From the NCBI GenBank assembly GCA_963843575.1, contig CAWJKZ010000011.1:64001-128000 (forward strand): DNA of 64,000 nucleotides, written 5' to 3'. Of this stretch, positions 29,692-38,645 are shown in pieces; the stretch's first letter is position 1; each line of letters begins with the position of its first letter. Under the pieces are notes generated by a model. The model was not told the origin of the DNA. It made no database searches and saw only the letters and a list, made by a program, of their open reading frames with translations. Made by a program: the position numbers and the translations under genes. The DNA is from an uncultured Acidobacteriota bacterium (GTDB lineage: Bacteria > Acidobacteriota > UBA6911).

Positions 29692-30492
29692 CTACTGCTG
29701 CCGTTCTTCTTCGGGGAGCACCATATGCTCGATCGTAGCCCGGCTCTCTTCTACGGCCGCCAACCTCTGCTTCAGCAGGGTGCGCCAGAGGTCCCACTGC
29801 CGGCGCTCGGTCTGGAACTCCTCGATTTGCCGGGCGAGCCGGCTTTCCAGCGCCCGCACATTCTCCTGCAGATGGCGGCGCTCTTCTTCCGACACCTGCA
29901 ACTGTTCTTTCAAAGCGTCAACCGAATCCCGTTGTTCTGCTGCCTCCGGAACCGTTTCGGTTGCCTGCAGGTCCCGCAGCAGAATGCAGCTGGCACCGGT
30001 AGGGTCGCGGCGGGGCGGGACCGCCTTGAGCGCCGTCGGGGATGGGGCAGCTCCCTGGTGCGCTTCTGCAGGTGCCCGGACATAGATCGTCCTGGGCGGG
30101 CCTTGCGCACCCTTTGCCGCACAACGCTGCCCGCAGGCACGGCTCAAGACCTCGGGCAGAGAGTCGACGAAGCCGGCCCGCTTCAAAACACAATCGTCGG
30201 CCCCGGCCCCGACTGCTTCTGCCCCCCAACCGGAATCGTCGGGCCCGGCCAGGCCAATCACCGCAATCGGGATGTTCCAGCCGCGGATCGCCCTCACGAC
30301 TGCGAGCGGATCGCCCTGCTCGAGCGCCGAATCCAGCAGCACGGCGTTGTAACGGCCCGGGATCGTCGACAACCGTATCGCCTCAGGGACGTCCTGGGTG
30401 ATGTCAAGGCGCATGTCGGGTATGCGGCTGGTCAGCTCGTTCCTGATCAAGCCGGCATCCTGCAGGTTTTCTGTTACAAGCAGAATATTCAC
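29692..30492 (-). CDS. Atypical response-regulator receiver domain + coiled coil
   Basis: MNILLV, YNAVLLD, AVGAGADDCVLK; C-terminal heptad region. Confidence 0.7.
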   Translation of the reverse strand: MNILLVTENLQDAGLIRNELTSRIPDMRLDITQDVPEAIRLSTIPGRYNAVLLDSALEQGDPLAVVRAIRGWNIPIAVIGLAGPDDSGWGAEAVGAGADDCVLKRAGFVDSLPEVLSRACGQRCAAKGAQGPPRTIYVRAPAEAHQGAAPSPTALKAVPPRRDPTGASCILLRDLQATETVPEAAEQRDSVDALKEQLQVSEEERRHLQENVRALESRLARQIEEFQTERRQWDLWRTLLKQRLAAVEESRATIEHMVLPEEERQQ

Positions 30493-30573
30493 GACGGTCG
30501 CTCATCCGTTTGTCGTGCTCGATTATACGCCGGGAGGGGTCTCCGCGATCGAGATTCTGCTGCCGCCCGGTCT

Positions 30574-30700
30574 GGAGTGCGGCGCCTCGGCGCCGCTTTC
30601 GCTTATGCCCTGGCCGGAATACCCGGCGCCTCGGCGCCCTATAGGAAGTGGTGCGGCGCCCAGGCGCCGCACCCATAGCGGCGTCGAGCCGCCGCACTCC
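30574..30700. repeat. REP family A cluster (four hairpins)
   Basis: ggagtgcggcgcctcggcgccgc...ggcgcctcggcgcc...gtgcggcgcccaggcgccgcac...gcggcgtcgagccgccgcactcc. Confidence 0.85.
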
Positions 30701-30706
30701 AGATCC

Positions 30707-33700
30707 CTATTGGATCGCCCCGGGGGGAACGGCGGACAGGAAGTTCATTCCCGAGTCCCCGAACAGCTGTTGTGCAATAAGGGGCTGGGTGGAGCGAAGC
30801 GTGATGAACCCCCTCATCTGGCCGGTAGAAGCCGGCACCAACTGTGTCAGCAGTTTCGAGATCCGCGAGTTCGCGCCCAGCTGCAGCGTCGCCTGACCCG
30901 TCTTTGCGCCTGTTTCCGCATAGACCTCCAGGGTGACGGTGGCAGCGGCCTGATTGGGATTGAAGAGGGCGAGGCCGGTGAAGTAGCCGTCGGCATTTGC
31001 GACGTGGTGAAAGACCGCCTGTTTGACCCTGCGGGTCTGAAGCGGAAAACTGGCGGCGAAGTTCATGCTGCGCGGATCGCCGAAAAGGACGTCGCCGAGG
31101 ACCCCCGGCCCGTCCGAGCTCACCGCGAGCGAACCGATCACGGCTGCGGCCGGGTTCAGCGCGAGAGCCTGGACTGCGTCCTGCTCGACGGATTGTCCCG
31201 CGCTCAGGCGCAGTTTTGCCGCCGGTGCCAGTGGGGTGCCGTCGTCGGAGGTCCCCTGAAGCGAAATCGTGCGCGGACTGTCGGACACATTGGTCAACTT
31301 GATGTGCGTGAAGTAATCGGCGGTGTTTGCCAGCTGGGCAGAGTAGAAGGCTGAGGCACCCCACTCGGAAACCGCGTTCAGCCCCAGAACGGTCTTCACC
31401 CCGGGGAACTCGATCAACTCGAACCCGACGGCCCCGTCGCCCGAAGTGACCTGCACGTCGACGTGAGCGCTCGACACCGAGATCCCCTGTCCGAAGAGAT
31501 CGGAAATCGACCGATAAAGAAATCCGCTCGCGGGTATCGACTCGGTGCGGGTGGAGGCAAGCACCTGGCCGGGGTCAGGTCCGAGAAGATTGAGGGACAA
31601 CGTCACCGGCTGACTGGTCGGATTGGCGATGCTGATGTGGGTGACCGCGTCCTGTCCGTGAAATGCCTTGGGACCCTCGAAGACCCGCGTGAACCTGAAA
31701 TGTTTCGCCGCCTGGGTCTGGGCGACGGAGCCGTCGAGTTGTGCCGTGCTGCCGAACTGGAAGAAGCAGCCGATCTCCGTGCTGTCAGCGGTCATCCGGA
31801 TCCACCCCTGTGCGGGAGAAGCCCCTGTGCCGAAGATTTCCTCACCCACTTTTGCCAGCTGGGCGTGGGATTGGAGCGTGAAGCCGGAGGGATTCCTGGG
31901 CAGGGCGAGCGGCTGGCCGTCGGTGCCGAAGGCCGTGAACTGGATGTTGGCGCTGCTGCCTGAGTAGTTCGTGACGGCCAGTCCCGTGTAGGTCGACGGG
32001 CCGGTCTGGTAGAAGGGCACCAGGAACGATTGGGTGACATCCAGCGCGATTGTTCCGAGGTTGGAGTCGAGCGCACCGTCGGAGGCGGCGAAGGTAAACG
32101 AATCTGCGCCCGCGTAGCCGCCGAGGGAATAGTAGGTCGCCGTCGTGCCGTTGATCCCGACGGTGCCGTGGGCCGGTTGCGTGACGACACGCAGTTGAAG
32201 GGGGTTGCCGCCGGGACTGGACGCTTTCAGGGGAAAGGTCGCGGGCGTCCCGTTGCTCACGGCCACCGTGTCGTCGCTCACCGCCGGGGCCGGGTTCGGG
32301 TTGGCTCGTTCGCTTCCCGGGCCGTTGTGGCACGTGTAGCAGCCGATCTGGGAGCCGCGCCAGAACTGCTTCGCGCCGAATTTTGTCGATACGGTCCGGT
32401 TCCCCAAAGACCGGGACAGGACGGTGCCGCCGTAGTCGCGGCCGTGGCACCTTTGGCAGGCCGTGCTCCCTCCCCGCTCGACGGCTTCTTCGTGGCTGTT
32501 GGCCCAGGCCTGGCCGATGGGATGCATGCCGTGCGGCCCGCCATTGACTGTGTTCGGCTGCACGTTGTGACAGGTGGGGCATTCGGAGATGGTCCCGACG
32601 TGGTTCTGGAGTTGCAGGGCCTGGATGTTGTCGTTCCGGTGCGAGCTGGGATACTCGGCATGCGTGGAATGGTGACACGCAGAACACTGCAGGCCGCCGT
32701 GCCCGCTGGAAAACCGGTAGAGCGAGGTGCCCGCCGCCGGCGTATTCGGGTTGGTCGCGAAGGTGGTGTCCGTGGGGACGCGGGGGAGGCCGGACGCGCC
32801 GAACGCCGACGTGAACCGGATCTGTCCGCTGTTGTTCAATGCCGTCCCGGTGTGGCAGTTCTGGCAGTTCGGCTCGTCGAGCCAGCCCTGCCGTCCGGAG
32901 GATCCAACCCTGTTCATCGTCCCGTGGCAGTTCTGGCACTGGATCTCGAACGAACCGTCCGCAGCCACGGCCGTCCCCATCGCGCCGCGAAGGCAACGAG
33001 TCTCGCCCCCGGGGTGACACCGGTAGCAGGCCGATCGGTTTGCGCTGGCGTCAAGGGTCTGGCCATTGGTGGGATCGAGCACGTGGGCGTGAAAGGCGTG
33101 CATCGCCCGGGTGAGCGGCAGTATCGTGCCGATTCCCGTTCCCGGAAGCGCGTTGGAGGAGTGGCAGCGGGCGCACAGGACGGCCTTGTTTCGGTCCACG
33201 GCAGTCGGATAGAGGCCGCTTGAATCGTAACCGGCCGCATCCAGGGCGGCGCGGAAATCCGCGGACCCGCCGTTTTTTTCGTCGTGCAGCCGGAGGATGT
33301 TGAGCCGGTAATCCCGTTCCGGATCGGCGTCGTAAATCCAGCCGTCGAGTGGCTGGCCGGCAGCCGCAGAGCCCGAGGCATGGCACGCCCGGCAGTCCAT
33401 CTCGTCGGAAACCGGCAGCACGATGTCCGTCGTCGCCAGGATGTTCCCTCCGGCGGCGCGAGCCACGAGGTGCATCATCGGGTACGGGTTCTTTTGCCCG
33501 GCGTCGTCGTAGGGTGTAATCGGAATTCCCTCCGCGACAAAGGCGTTCACGCTCGCGTCGAATCTCATCGGCTGGGGCTGGTTCGCGGCCCCGGGCATCC
33601 GGCTGCCCGCCAGGCCCGTGTCGACGGGGAGTGTGGCCCCGAACAGGTTGAAAAGCTGCAGCCAGAATGTGGTCTTGTTCGCCGACGTCGAGTTTATCGA

Positions 33701-33970
33701 TCCGGTGGGGTCTGCAAGCGCCTCGTACGTGACCGTCACTCCCGAAGGGATCCTGACCAACCGGCCGGAGGCGTCCATCAGGTGTGCCTGGACGGTGTTG
33801 TAGGGCGGCAGTATCGAAAAGACGGTGTAGTCGGAATCCATGCAGTGCATCCCCAGGTTGTTCCAACCGACCAGGGTCCATCCGCCCGCGCCCGCGCCTC
33901 CAAGATAGAGGGAGTGGCTGAAAAGTGACAACGTGAGGACAAGGGCCGCACTGAGAGTCTTGTGTCTCAT
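30707..33970 (-). CDS. Secreted nine-heme cytochrome c with an Ig-like domain and a four-repeat C-terminal module
   Basis: Signal peptide; WNNLGMHC; nine CxxCH (CRACH, CARCH, CYRCH, CQNCH x2, CSACH, CPTCH, CQRCH, CYTCH); PAHGTV...GADSFTFAASDG Big_9-like domain. Confidence 0.9.
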   Translation of the reverse strand: MRHKTLSAALVLTLSLFSHSLYLGGAGAGGWTLVGWNNLGMHCMDSDYTVFSILPPYNTVQAHLMDASGRLVRIPSGVTVTYEALADPTGSINSTSANKTTFWLQLFNLFGATLPVDTGLAGSRMPGAANQPQPMRFDASVNAFVAEGIPITPYDDAGQKNPYPMMHLVARAAGGNILATTDIVLPVSDEMDCRACHASGSAAAGQPLDGWIYDADPERDYRLNILRLHDEKNGGSADFRAALDAAGYDSSGLYPTAVDRNKAVLCARCHSSNALPGTGIGTILPLTRAMHAFHAHVLDPTNGQTLDASANRSACYRCHPGGETRCLRGAMGTAVAADGSFEIQCQNCHGTMNRVGSSGRQGWLDEPNCQNCHTGTALNNSGQIRFTSAFGASGLPRVPTDTTFATNPNTPAAGTSLYRFSSGHGGLQCSACHHSTHAEYPSSHRNDNIQALQLQNHVGTISECPTCHNVQPNTVNGGPHGMHPIGQAWANSHEEAVERGGSTACQRCHGRDYGGTVLSRSLGNRTVSTKFGAKQFWRGSQIGCYTCHNGPGSERANPNPAPAVSDDTVAVSNGTPATFPLKASSPGGNPLQLRVVTQPAHGTVGINGTTATYYSLGGYAGADSFTFAASDGALDSNLGTIALDVTQSFLVPFYQTGPSTYTGLAVTNYSGSSANIQFTAFGTDGQPLALPRNPSGFTLQSHAQLAKVGEEIFGTGASPAQGWIRMTADSTEIGCFFQFGSTAQLDGSVAQTQAAKHFRFTRVFEGPKAFHGQDAVTHISIANPTSQPVTLSLNLLGPDPGQVLASTRTESIPASGFLYRSISDLFGQGISVSSAHVDVQVTSGDGAVGFELIEFPGVKTVLGLNAVSEWGASAFYSAQLANTADYFTHIKLTNVSDSPRTISLQGTSDDGTPLAPAAKLRLSAGQSVEQDAVQALALNPAAAVIGSLAVSSDGPGVLGDVLFGDPRSMNFAASFPLQTRRVKQAVFHHVANADGYFTGLALFNPNQAAATVTLEVYAETGAKTGQATLQLGANSRISKLLTQLVPASTGQMRGFITLRSTQPLIAQQLFGDSGMNFLSAVPPGAIQ

Positions 33971-34059
33971 TCGAGGTTCCTCCGCAGCCTGGCGACGGGA
34001 GTCAAGCTGGTCCTCATCATACTTCTACAGGCTGTCGGAGTATTAGGAATTCGGTTCCC

Positions 34060-34262
34060 GGAGTGCGGCGCGCTTGTCCGGCCTTGACACCGGCCAGGAA
34101 AGACAAGAACAAAAGCAGAACGCGGATTTTCACGGATTGGACGGGTTCACGCGGATCGGCCGCGCCCGGCATTCCGCCACGAGGGCTGCCGGTCGCGGCC
34201 TGTCACCAAGTCAAAATCTGCGTGCATCCGCGCAAATCTGCGTCCTGAAAACGTTAGCGCAT
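34060..34262. repeat. Short REP family A remnant followed by a repeat family C copy
   Basis: ggagtgcggcgcgc; aacgcggattttcacggattggacgggttcacgcggatcggccgcgcccggcattcc...gcctgtcaccaagtc...atctgcgtgcatccgcgcaaatctgcgtcctgaaaacgttagcg. Confidence 0.8.
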
Positions 34263-34302
34263 CTGGGAACGCGATTGCTTATTTCCGTGCAGGCTCGGCG
34301 GC

Positions 34303-35640
34303 TCAGACCGAGCGGCGGCCCCGATGCGCGCGCCAGTACACCGGGACGCCGGTCAGCACCAGCGCAAGCCCCAGGAGCGAGCTCCGCGGCGATTCCACCA
34401 GCGTGTTGATCACGAACATCGCCGAGACGACGACGAACACGAGCGCCGTCCAGGGATAGCCAGGCAACCGGTATGGACGCGGCCAGTCGGGGTGCCTGAC
34501 CCGCAACACGATCACGGAGGCCACCGCCATCGCGAAGAGGATCCACCCCGCGAACATGGCCATCGTGATCAGGTGCTCGTAGCCGCCGGTCAGGGTCAGA
34601 ACCGCCGCCCACAGGCTCATGATCACGATGGCATGCGCCGGCGTCTGGTAGCGCGGGTGAATCTCGCTGGCCCAGTGGAAGAAGGGGTTGTCGCGCGCCA
34701 GCGCAAAGAAGATGCGCGGCCCGGCAAGCACGTTCGCGGCGATGGCCCCGAAGGTCGAGCAGAGGATCGCGAGCGTGATCAGGGTGCCCCCGGCCGGTCC
34801 GACCATGGCTACCATGGCGTCGGTGGCGACCCGGGTAGATCCCGCGATGGCCGCCTGCCCGAGCACGTAGATGTAAGCCAGGTTGGCGCTGACGTAGACG
34901 CCGATGACGATGAAGACGCCAAGCAGGATGCCGAGCGGGATGTTGCGCTGGGGGTTCCGGATCTCTCCGGCGGTGAAACCGACAAAGTGCCAGCCGTCGT
35001 AGGCAAACAGGGTCGAGATCATCGCGACCCCGACCGCCGCGGCCAGCCCCGTCCGGTAAGCCTCCGGCCACAACGGGAGGAAATTCCGGGCCGACGCTCC
35101 GTCCGGGTGCATGAATAAGGCGAGCCCGACCAGGGCGGCGATGCCCGCGATCTTGAGAAACGCGAACAGATTCTGCACCCGCGCGCCCCACACGGTCCCG
35201 CGGCAGTTGACGGCCGCAAGCACCAGGATCAGCACTATCCCCATCCCCTTTTCCTGCCACGGCGCCAGGGGGAGGAAATACTTCAGGTACATCAGGAACG
35301 CCGCCGTCAACGCGGCGATCGGCGCGGCAATCACCACCAGGAGGTTGGTCCAGCCGTAAAGAAAAGCCCAGAACGGCCCGTACGCCTCCCGGATGTAGAC
35401 ATACAGCCCGCCGGAATGGGGCAGCATCGCCCCCAGTTCGGCGAGCGTCAGGGCGCCGCACAGCACCAGCAACCCGGTGAACAGCCAGATCGCGATGACG
35501 AGCCCGGGCTCGGCAATCCGTTGGGCGATCAGGCTGGGTACGACGAAGATCCCGGAACCGATGACGGCGCCCACCAGCAGGAGCGCGGCATCCGTCAGGC
35601 CAAGCTTGCGAGGCAGTTCGGTCGTTACCGGCATGTTCAT
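34303..35640 (-). CDS. APC family amino acid permease
   Basis: VIGSGIF, AELGAMLPHSGGLYVY, FAYDGW, GEIRNPQRNIP, RPYRLPGYP; ~12 TM. Confidence 0.92.
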   Translation of the reverse strand: MNMPVTTELPRKLGLTDAALLLVGAVIGSGIFVVPSLIAQRIAEPGLVIAIWLFTGLLVLCGALTLAELGAMLPHSGGLYVYIREAYGPFWAFLYGWTNLLVVIAAPIAALTAAFLMYLKYFLPLAPWQEKGMGIVLILVLAAVNCRGTVWGARVQNLFAFLKIAGIAALVGLALFMHPDGASARNFLPLWPEAYRTGLAAAVGVAMISTLFAYDGWHFVGFTAGEIRNPQRNIPLGILLGVFIVIGVYVSANLAYIYVLGQAAIAGSTRVATDAMVAMVGPAGGTLITLAILCSTFGAIAANVLAGPRIFFALARDNPFFHWASEIHPRYQTPAHAIVIMSLWAAVLTLTGGYEHLITMAMFAGWILFAMAVASVIVLRVRHPDWPRPYRLPGYPWTALVFVVVSAMFVINTLVESPRSSLLGLALVLTGVPVYWRAHRGRRSV

Positions 35641-35782
35641 GGCCGCTCATCATAGCCCACCCGAAGCTCCCGCGAGAACCTAATGAATCGCCCAAACCGG
35701 CTGGGGGCGCTCTTTTTGCTTTGCCTGGACGGGCTCTTTCGCTTTAATGGCACCATACGGGTCGAACTCCGGAGGCAGGACG

Positions 35783-36784
35783 ATGAAGAAGCTCATCAAC
35801 GATCCCCGCGACTTCGTGGCCGAAATGCTCGACGGCCTGCTCAAGGCGCACCCCGATCAGCTGGGCTTCGCGGCGGGAGATCACCACTGCATCGTCCGGG
35901 CGGATGCGCCCGTCGACGGCAAGGTGGCGCTCGCAACCGGCGGCGGGTCCGGACACCTGCCGGTTTTTCTCGGGTACGTGGGGAAAGGCCTGCTGGACGG
36001 CTGCGCCGTCGGGGACGTTTTTGCCTCCCCCAATGCGGAGCAGATGCTCGCAGTCACTCGCCGCATCCACGGGGGGAAGGGCGTCTTGTACCTGTACGGG
36101 AACTACGGGGGTGACGTCATGAATTTCGACATGGCGGCGGAGATGGCCGCCATGGACGACATCGAGGTCCGCACCGTCCTGGTCAAGGACGATGTCGCTT
36201 CGGCGCCGGCCCTGGAAGCGGACCGGCGCCGGGGCGTGGCCGGCATGGTCTTCGCCTTCAAGGTGGCGGGCGCGGAAGCCGACCGGGGCGGTTCCCTGGA
36301 CGACGTGGAGCGGGTGGCCCGCAAGGCGCTCGCCCACATCCGCACCATCGGGGTGGCGCTTTCCCCGTGCACGGTGCCGGCCGCCGGGCGTCCGACCTTC
36401 ACCATCGGCGAGAACGAGATGGAGATCGGCATGGGTATCCACGGCGAGCCCGGGGCGCGCCGCGAGGAACTCAAGAGCGCCGACCAGATCGCCGAGCGCA
36501 TGACGGAGGCGATCCTGGCCGATATGCCCGTCGGACCCTCGGATCGGGTCGCGGTGATGCTCAACGGGCTCGGGGCCACCCCGCCCGAGGAACTCTACAT
36601 CCTCTACCGCCGGGTGCACGACCTCCTCACAAAACGGGGCGCGCTTGTCCATCGCGCCTACGTCGGCGAGTACGCGACGAGCATGGAGATGGCGGGGGCG
36701 TCGCTGACCGTCTTCAAGCTGGACGACGAACTCGTTGCGCTGCTCGACCGCCCGGCGCGCTCCCCGTTTTTCGTGCAGACATAG
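35783..36784 (+). CDS. dhaK: Dihydroxyacetone kinase subunit K family
   Basis: MKKLINDP, GGGSGHLP, NYGGDVMNF, DDVAS, GMGIHGEPG. Confidence 0.9.
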   Translation: MKKLINDPRDFVAEMLDGLLKAHPDQLGFAAGDHHCIVRADAPVDGKVALATGGGSGHLPVFLGYVGKGLLDGCAVGDVFASPNAEQMLAVTRRIHGGKGVLYLYGNYGGDVMNFDMAAEMAAMDDIEVRTVLVKDDVASAPALEADRRRGVAGMVFAFKVAGAEADRGGSLDDVERVARKALAHIRTIGVALSPCTVPAAGRPTFTIGENEMEIGMGIHGEPGARREELKSADQIAERMTEAILADMPVGPSDRVAVMLNGLGATPPEELYILYRRVHDLLTKRGALVHRAYVGEYATSMEMAGASLTVFKLDDELVALLDRPARSPFFVQT

Positions 36785-36791
36785 AGACCGC

Positions 36792-37436
36792 ATGGCAGAC
36801 GGAACTTTCAACGGCGAGCAGGTGCGCCAAGCGGTTGTGCGGGTCTCGGAGCGCCTGGGCGAACTCGGGGATCTGCTCAACCGGCTCGACGCGGCGGTCG
36901 GCGACGGCGATCTGGGGATCACCGCGGTCAAGGGCGGGGCGGCTCTCCGCGAGTACGCCGCGGCGCAGCCTCCGGTTTCCGATCTCGGAGCCTTCTTGAG
37001 CGGGGCGGGCATGGCTTTCAACCGGGCGGCGTCGAGCACCTTCGGAGCCCTGGCCGCCACGGCGCTCATGCGGGCCGGCAGGGAACTCAAGGGGCTCGAC
37101 GCACTCGATGCCGCATCCCTTGCACGGGCCCTGACCGCCGCCGATGCCGGCGTCCAGGAGCGAGGCAAGGCCCGCCCGGGCGACAAGACCCTGGTCGACG
37201 CCCTGCACCCCGCCGCCGAGGCGTTCGCCGCCGCCATTGCCTCGGGCCACGATGTCAGAACGGCAGCCACGTCGATGCTGGAGGCCGCCCGGGCCGGCCG
37301 CGACGCCATCGTCCCGCAACAGAGCCGTATCGGCCGCGCATCCTGGGTCGGCGAGCGCACCCGCAACCAGCCCGACCCCGGCGCCGTCCTGATCGTCCAC
37401 CTCCTCGAAGCAATAACAGGGGACGGACCCGGGTAA
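36792..37436 (+). CDS. dhaL: Dihydroxyacetone kinase subunit L (Dak2) family
   Basis: LDAAVGDGDLG, RGKARPGDKTLVDAL, GRASWVGER, DPGA. Confidence 0.9.
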   Translation: MADGTFNGEQVRQAVVRVSERLGELGDLLNRLDAAVGDGDLGITAVKGGAALREYAAAQPPVSDLGAFLSGAGMAFNRAASSTFGALAATALMRAGRELKGLDALDAASLARALTAADAGVQERGKARPGDKTLVDALHPAAEAFAAAIASGHDVRTAATSMLEAARAGRDAIVPQQSRIGRASWVGERTRNQPDPGAVLIVHLLEAITGDGPG

Positions 37437-37730
37437 CGCTATTTGTTATAAATGGTTATGGCAGTTTTCGACCACAAAATGGCCCTTATTTCGTGTTTTT
37501 GACGCCTTTTTCTTGAAATAGTGCATGCGGCGGCAGGCAGTCGTTGCGTCGCTCGCGGTGAACCTCTAGATTACTTTCTGTTACGCCGAACGCCGCACAA
37601 AGGAACTTGGAGATTCTGCGAGTGCTTTGAGCCTTGGTGGCGAGCTTTAGACTGACCTCCAGGGCTCAAAGTATTCACAGAACCTCGAAGAGCCCTGAAG
37701 AACAACGTGCGAGGTGTTGGGGGAGATCGT

Positions 37731-38594
37731 ATGCCGGATATGAAGAAGCGGATGGCCGAGAAGAAGCCCCTGGTCGGGGTGGGTGCCCGCGACGCGCTCG
37801 AGGCGCGATTAATCGAGCGGGCGGGATTTGATTTTGTCTGGTCGAGTGGTTTTGCGATTTCCGCGGCCTACGGCGTGCCCGACGCGAGCCTGATCACGAT
37901 GAGTCAGCTGGTCGAGTCCGCCCGCGCCATGGCCGAGGTGATCGACATCCCGATCCTGGCCGATTGCGACACCGGCTTTGGCAACGCCATAAACGTCATC
38001 TACGCGGTCCGGAAATTCGAGGATGCGGGCGTTGCGGCCATCTGCATGGAGGACAAGAAGTTCCCCAAGGACACCAGCTTGCTGCCGGGGGGCAGGCAGG
38101 AACTGGTCTCCGTAGAGGAGTTCGCCGGCAAGATCGCGGCGGCGGTGGATACGCGCAGGAGCCGCGATCTCGTGGTCGTCGCCCGCACCGAGGCGCTCAT
38201 CGCCGGCTGGGGGCAGGAGGAGGCGCTCGAGCGTGCGCGTCGCTACGAGGAGGCCGGGGCGGACTGCATCCTGGTTCATTCCAAGTCGAAGACCCCGGAT
38301 GAAGTTCTCGAATTCGTCTCCAGGTGGGACGGGAAAGTGCCGGTGGTGCTCATCCCCACGAACTATCCCAGCCTTACCGAGTCGGAGGTGTGCCGGCTGG
38401 GGAAGGTGGGGATGGTGATTTACGCGAACCAGATGCTTCGCGCCGCCATAACCGCCCAGGAGGCTCTGCTCGCCGAAATCAGGAAGACCGGCGGCATCCA
38501 CACGGTCAACGCCTCCATCGTGCCGGTCGCGCGCGTGTTCGAACTGCAAAACGTCGCCGGCATGAAAGAGAACGAGAAGAAATACCTGCGGTGA
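37731..38594 (+). CDS. palA: Phosphonopyruvate hydrolase (PEP mutase/isocitrate lyase superfamily)
   Basis: WSSGFAISA, ADCDTGFGN, loop EDKKFPKDTS (hydrolase-type DTS, not the PEP-mutase NS), GRQELV, ARTEALIAG, HSKSKTPDE. Confidence 0.75.
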   Translation: MPDMKKRMAEKKPLVGVGARDALEARLIERAGFDFVWSSGFAISAAYGVPDASLITMSQLVESARAMAEVIDIPILADCDTGFGNAINVIYAVRKFEDAGVAAICMEDKKFPKDTSLLPGGRQELVSVEEFAGKIAAAVDTRRSRDLVVVARTEALIAGWGQEEALERARRYEEAGADCILVHSKSKTPDEVLEFVSRWDGKVPVVLIPTNYPSLTESEVCRLGKVGMVIYANQMLRAAITAQEALLAEIRKTGGIHTVNASIVPVARVFELQNVAGMKENEKKYLR

Positions 38595-38645
38595 TTCGGG
38601 CGGCGGAACCGATGTGCCAGTTTTTGTGAGCCAGGAGTTTGAACG

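Noticed and set aside
14318-33970. OmcZ/OzpA-like nanowire cytochrome plus maturation protease
   Set aside because: The analogy is attractive, but the heme domain does not resemble OmcZ as I recall it and the genes are 12 kb apart on opposite strands; only the shared tail is supported.
37731-38594. PEP mutase marking a phosphonate biosynthetic cluster
   Set aside because: The loop reads EDKKFPKDTS, lacking the NS of PepM, and there is no decarboxylase or nucleotidyltransferase nearby. Not fully excluded, since a reductase could pull a mutase reaction.
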